A stretch of 64,000 nt of DNA from positions 1 to 64,000 of the forward strand of contig NMRA01000425.1 of NCBI GenBank assembly GCA_002633005.1, read 5' to 3'. This DNA is from Phoronis australis (taxonomy: Eukaryota > Animalia > Phoronida). Below the pieces are notes generated by a model, which did no database searches, was not told where the DNA came from, and saw only the letters and a list, made by a program, of their open reading frames with translations. A program made the position numbers and the translations under genes. Numbering within the stretch: position 1 is the first letter of the stretch; every line of letters begins with the position of its first letter. This document shows, piece by piece, positions 61,728-64,000 of this stretch.

Positions 61728-64000
61728 TCAAAGTTCACAGATGTAGCGACCTACATCAGTACACGGTCTCCCCTCCATTGTTTGGTTACCAGGATTGAAA
61801 GCGAGGCAGGGATCTGAAAAGAGAACGAAACACAGTAACACTCTGTGGATATAGGGTCATACAATAACTATTTAGAATATCGAATTTCCGATATGAAATA
61901 AAAAGAGTAAACTTGCTCATACTCATCCATTCACTATGTGGCTATGGATAATTAAGTCGGGCATTCTTAAAAATTATTCATATTTATACATACATTTTAT
62001 TGAACCTTTGGTGCCGTTTCAGACAATTGCGTTCTTCAGTGAAAATTAGGAGTGCAGTGACATTTACGAAAAATGAGATAAACCACTCCAAGTATATATC
62101 CGAAATTTGCAGATAAAGGTTTTCTGATAAGTAAAAATTTGAATTGTACTCCGAAGAATACAGTGCGTTGTCAAAAACACAAAATGCTGGATTGGGTTCT
62201 ATTACAGAGTAAACGTTTCCTTTGTTAAATTTCATTTCAGGGGTACTACAGATAATCATTAATCGAATAAACAATTACGACATCTATGCGACACGTAAAT
62301 ATTGCACAAATGAATTATTATAAAACAATTGAAAACAGCAATAACACACACACAGAAACACACACTCTTAGCTAAGCAATTATGAGCAATCGAAAGTTAC
62401 GAAAATACAATTATTTTAATCCTTCTTAATGAATTTTTCATTGAGGTTAACTGTAACACAATATAAACACCCAAAAAATGTCTTCTTGAAAAACGTCTGG
62501 CATGCGGGTAGGTTATGGAAACTGGTTCTAAGACTGAAGCTGAAAAGATATCAAACCCCAAACTACAATATACCTCGGTATCTACCAAGGTTCACAAGTC
62601 GGTGATTGTAAAGAATGACTAGCGTAATTGTCGGGTTTGTTAACTAATTTTGCAGTGAAATTCTTGGTTGTATGGAACTGTACCTTAAGAGTCTCTATTG
62701 ATGAACAATAATAACAAAATTAAAATGAACCAATGAAATTATGTTTGATTTGATAACTACAACTCGATCAAAACACAAATTCGCAGCGCAAACGCTCGCG
62801 GCTAATATCGGAGGCACAAGTTGTAATATCTGAATACATAGCTCACGTACGGCAGTTGGCATTCCAGGGCTAGATATGGACATAAGTACAGTGTAATGTC
62901 AAAAAGCATTTTTTCCACTTGCGTGTTTATGTATATGACAAACTCGCTTATTGCTCCTCTTTATACTCATGAAGAACTTTTACGTTAAAAGTCTAATACA
63001 TACCAGCTACTTTCCACACCTCAACGTCAGTCCATTTAACGTTGCTTCCACAGTAGAAATGACCGTCGTAGGTGGTTTTACCGGACAAGCAGCAGCCGTT
63101 AGACGGGAAGTACTTGTTGGAGCTGTCATACGAGTAGCTACCAGAGAAGAACAACAAGGAGTGATCCAGACCAAAAGATGGACCATAGTTGTTCTTGTCG
63201 TACAGAGCGTATTCGTAATACCAGAACGGGACGTACTTGACTGTTGTGCATCCTTGTCTACACAGCCGAAATATGAATGCGTTGTTGTCGGGCTTGTACA
63301 TATTGGCACTTGTCCAGGAGACAGAGGCATACCCACCGAACGTGGTTCCACTCGTTGAATCTTTCCCAATAGACATGGTTGGGCCTTTATTGTTGCATCT
63401 TCTGTGAAATACTGAAGCGTTCATTCCGTCACGTGATGCTCGGTACAGAAGCTTGAATCCCTTTCCTGGGAACCATTGTCTCAGCAAAGCTACATGGTCT
63501 GTAGTCAAGAGGTTTGAACTGAGAATGCCCTCCCTGTCTAAAATTCAAACATATGCAGTCAAAGTGTGTCATCCATATTTTCACACAGAGCACTGCGATT
63601 GTCGCTGTTGGAATCATAACCAAACAACACAAAGGCGGTACCTACGATATTAGTTTACACACAGCCAAAGAATCGGTCACAACGAAACGTAAAACCTGAG
63701 TAGTTTATTCATTAACTTATCAAACGTAACTGAAAATGCCGCTAGAAAAACAACAGACTGTTAACACTTACTTGTACGAACAAATAAATTAAGTAAAGGT
63801 ATTCAGTTAATCTATGCTAAAGGTGATGAGATTTCAAAATAATCACAAGTGTAAGGTGGTCATGGATCTTTCAGACAGACAGACAGACAGGTTTGTTCAC
63901 CTAAAATGCTATTGAAAAATTGACATTTCCCGCTATTGGCATTTAATACCTTTTCCCGTCTCTTTTCCATCAGCCCATATGATGTCGCCTTTTTTAAAAG
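61728..64000 (-). CDS. Copy 4: lectin-TLDc gene, 5' part outside the window; exons >64000-63950, 63537-63004, 61813-61728
   Basis: ..FKKGDIIWADGKETGK| then DREGILSSNLLTTDHVALLRQWFPG..(TLDc)..DVEVWKVA| then DPCLAFNPGNQTMEGRPCTDVGRYICEL*; both junctions are phase-1 GT-AG. Confidence 0.82.

Noticed and set aside
61315-61731. His/Thr- or Cys/Val-rich ORFs
   Set aside because: Translations of the (GT)n microsatellite

Overview
Eukaryotic (invertebrate-like, possibly lophotrochozoan) draft genomic DNA with introns, N-gaps and many decayed transposons. The left part holds two C-terminal exons of a TMEM87-type gene (- strand) and a complete 8-coding-exon snurportin-1 gene (+, 9039-16964, 360 aa by manual splicing). 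From about 19 kb to the window end lies a tandem family of minus-strand, three-exon genes that the ORF track shows only as separate pieces. Spliced by GT-AG rules, each encodes signal peptide + coiled-coil neck + the N-terminal half of a C-type lectin domain, then a whole TLDc domain on a symmetric phase-1 exon, then the C-terminal half of the lectin domain. The TLDc domain is therefore inserted inside the lectin fold, in place of the sugar-binding long loop. There are two complete copies, one copy cut by the window edge and one pseudogene, with variable TLDc loops and variable neck length. Between them are Penelope-like elements with hammerhead ribozymes, a LINE split by a Kolobok-type element, a decayed Gypsy element, a DIRS recombinase fragment, a Harbinger transposon, MITEs and probable allelic (haplotype) duplications. 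All gene models come from manual reading and need RNA-seq confirmation.
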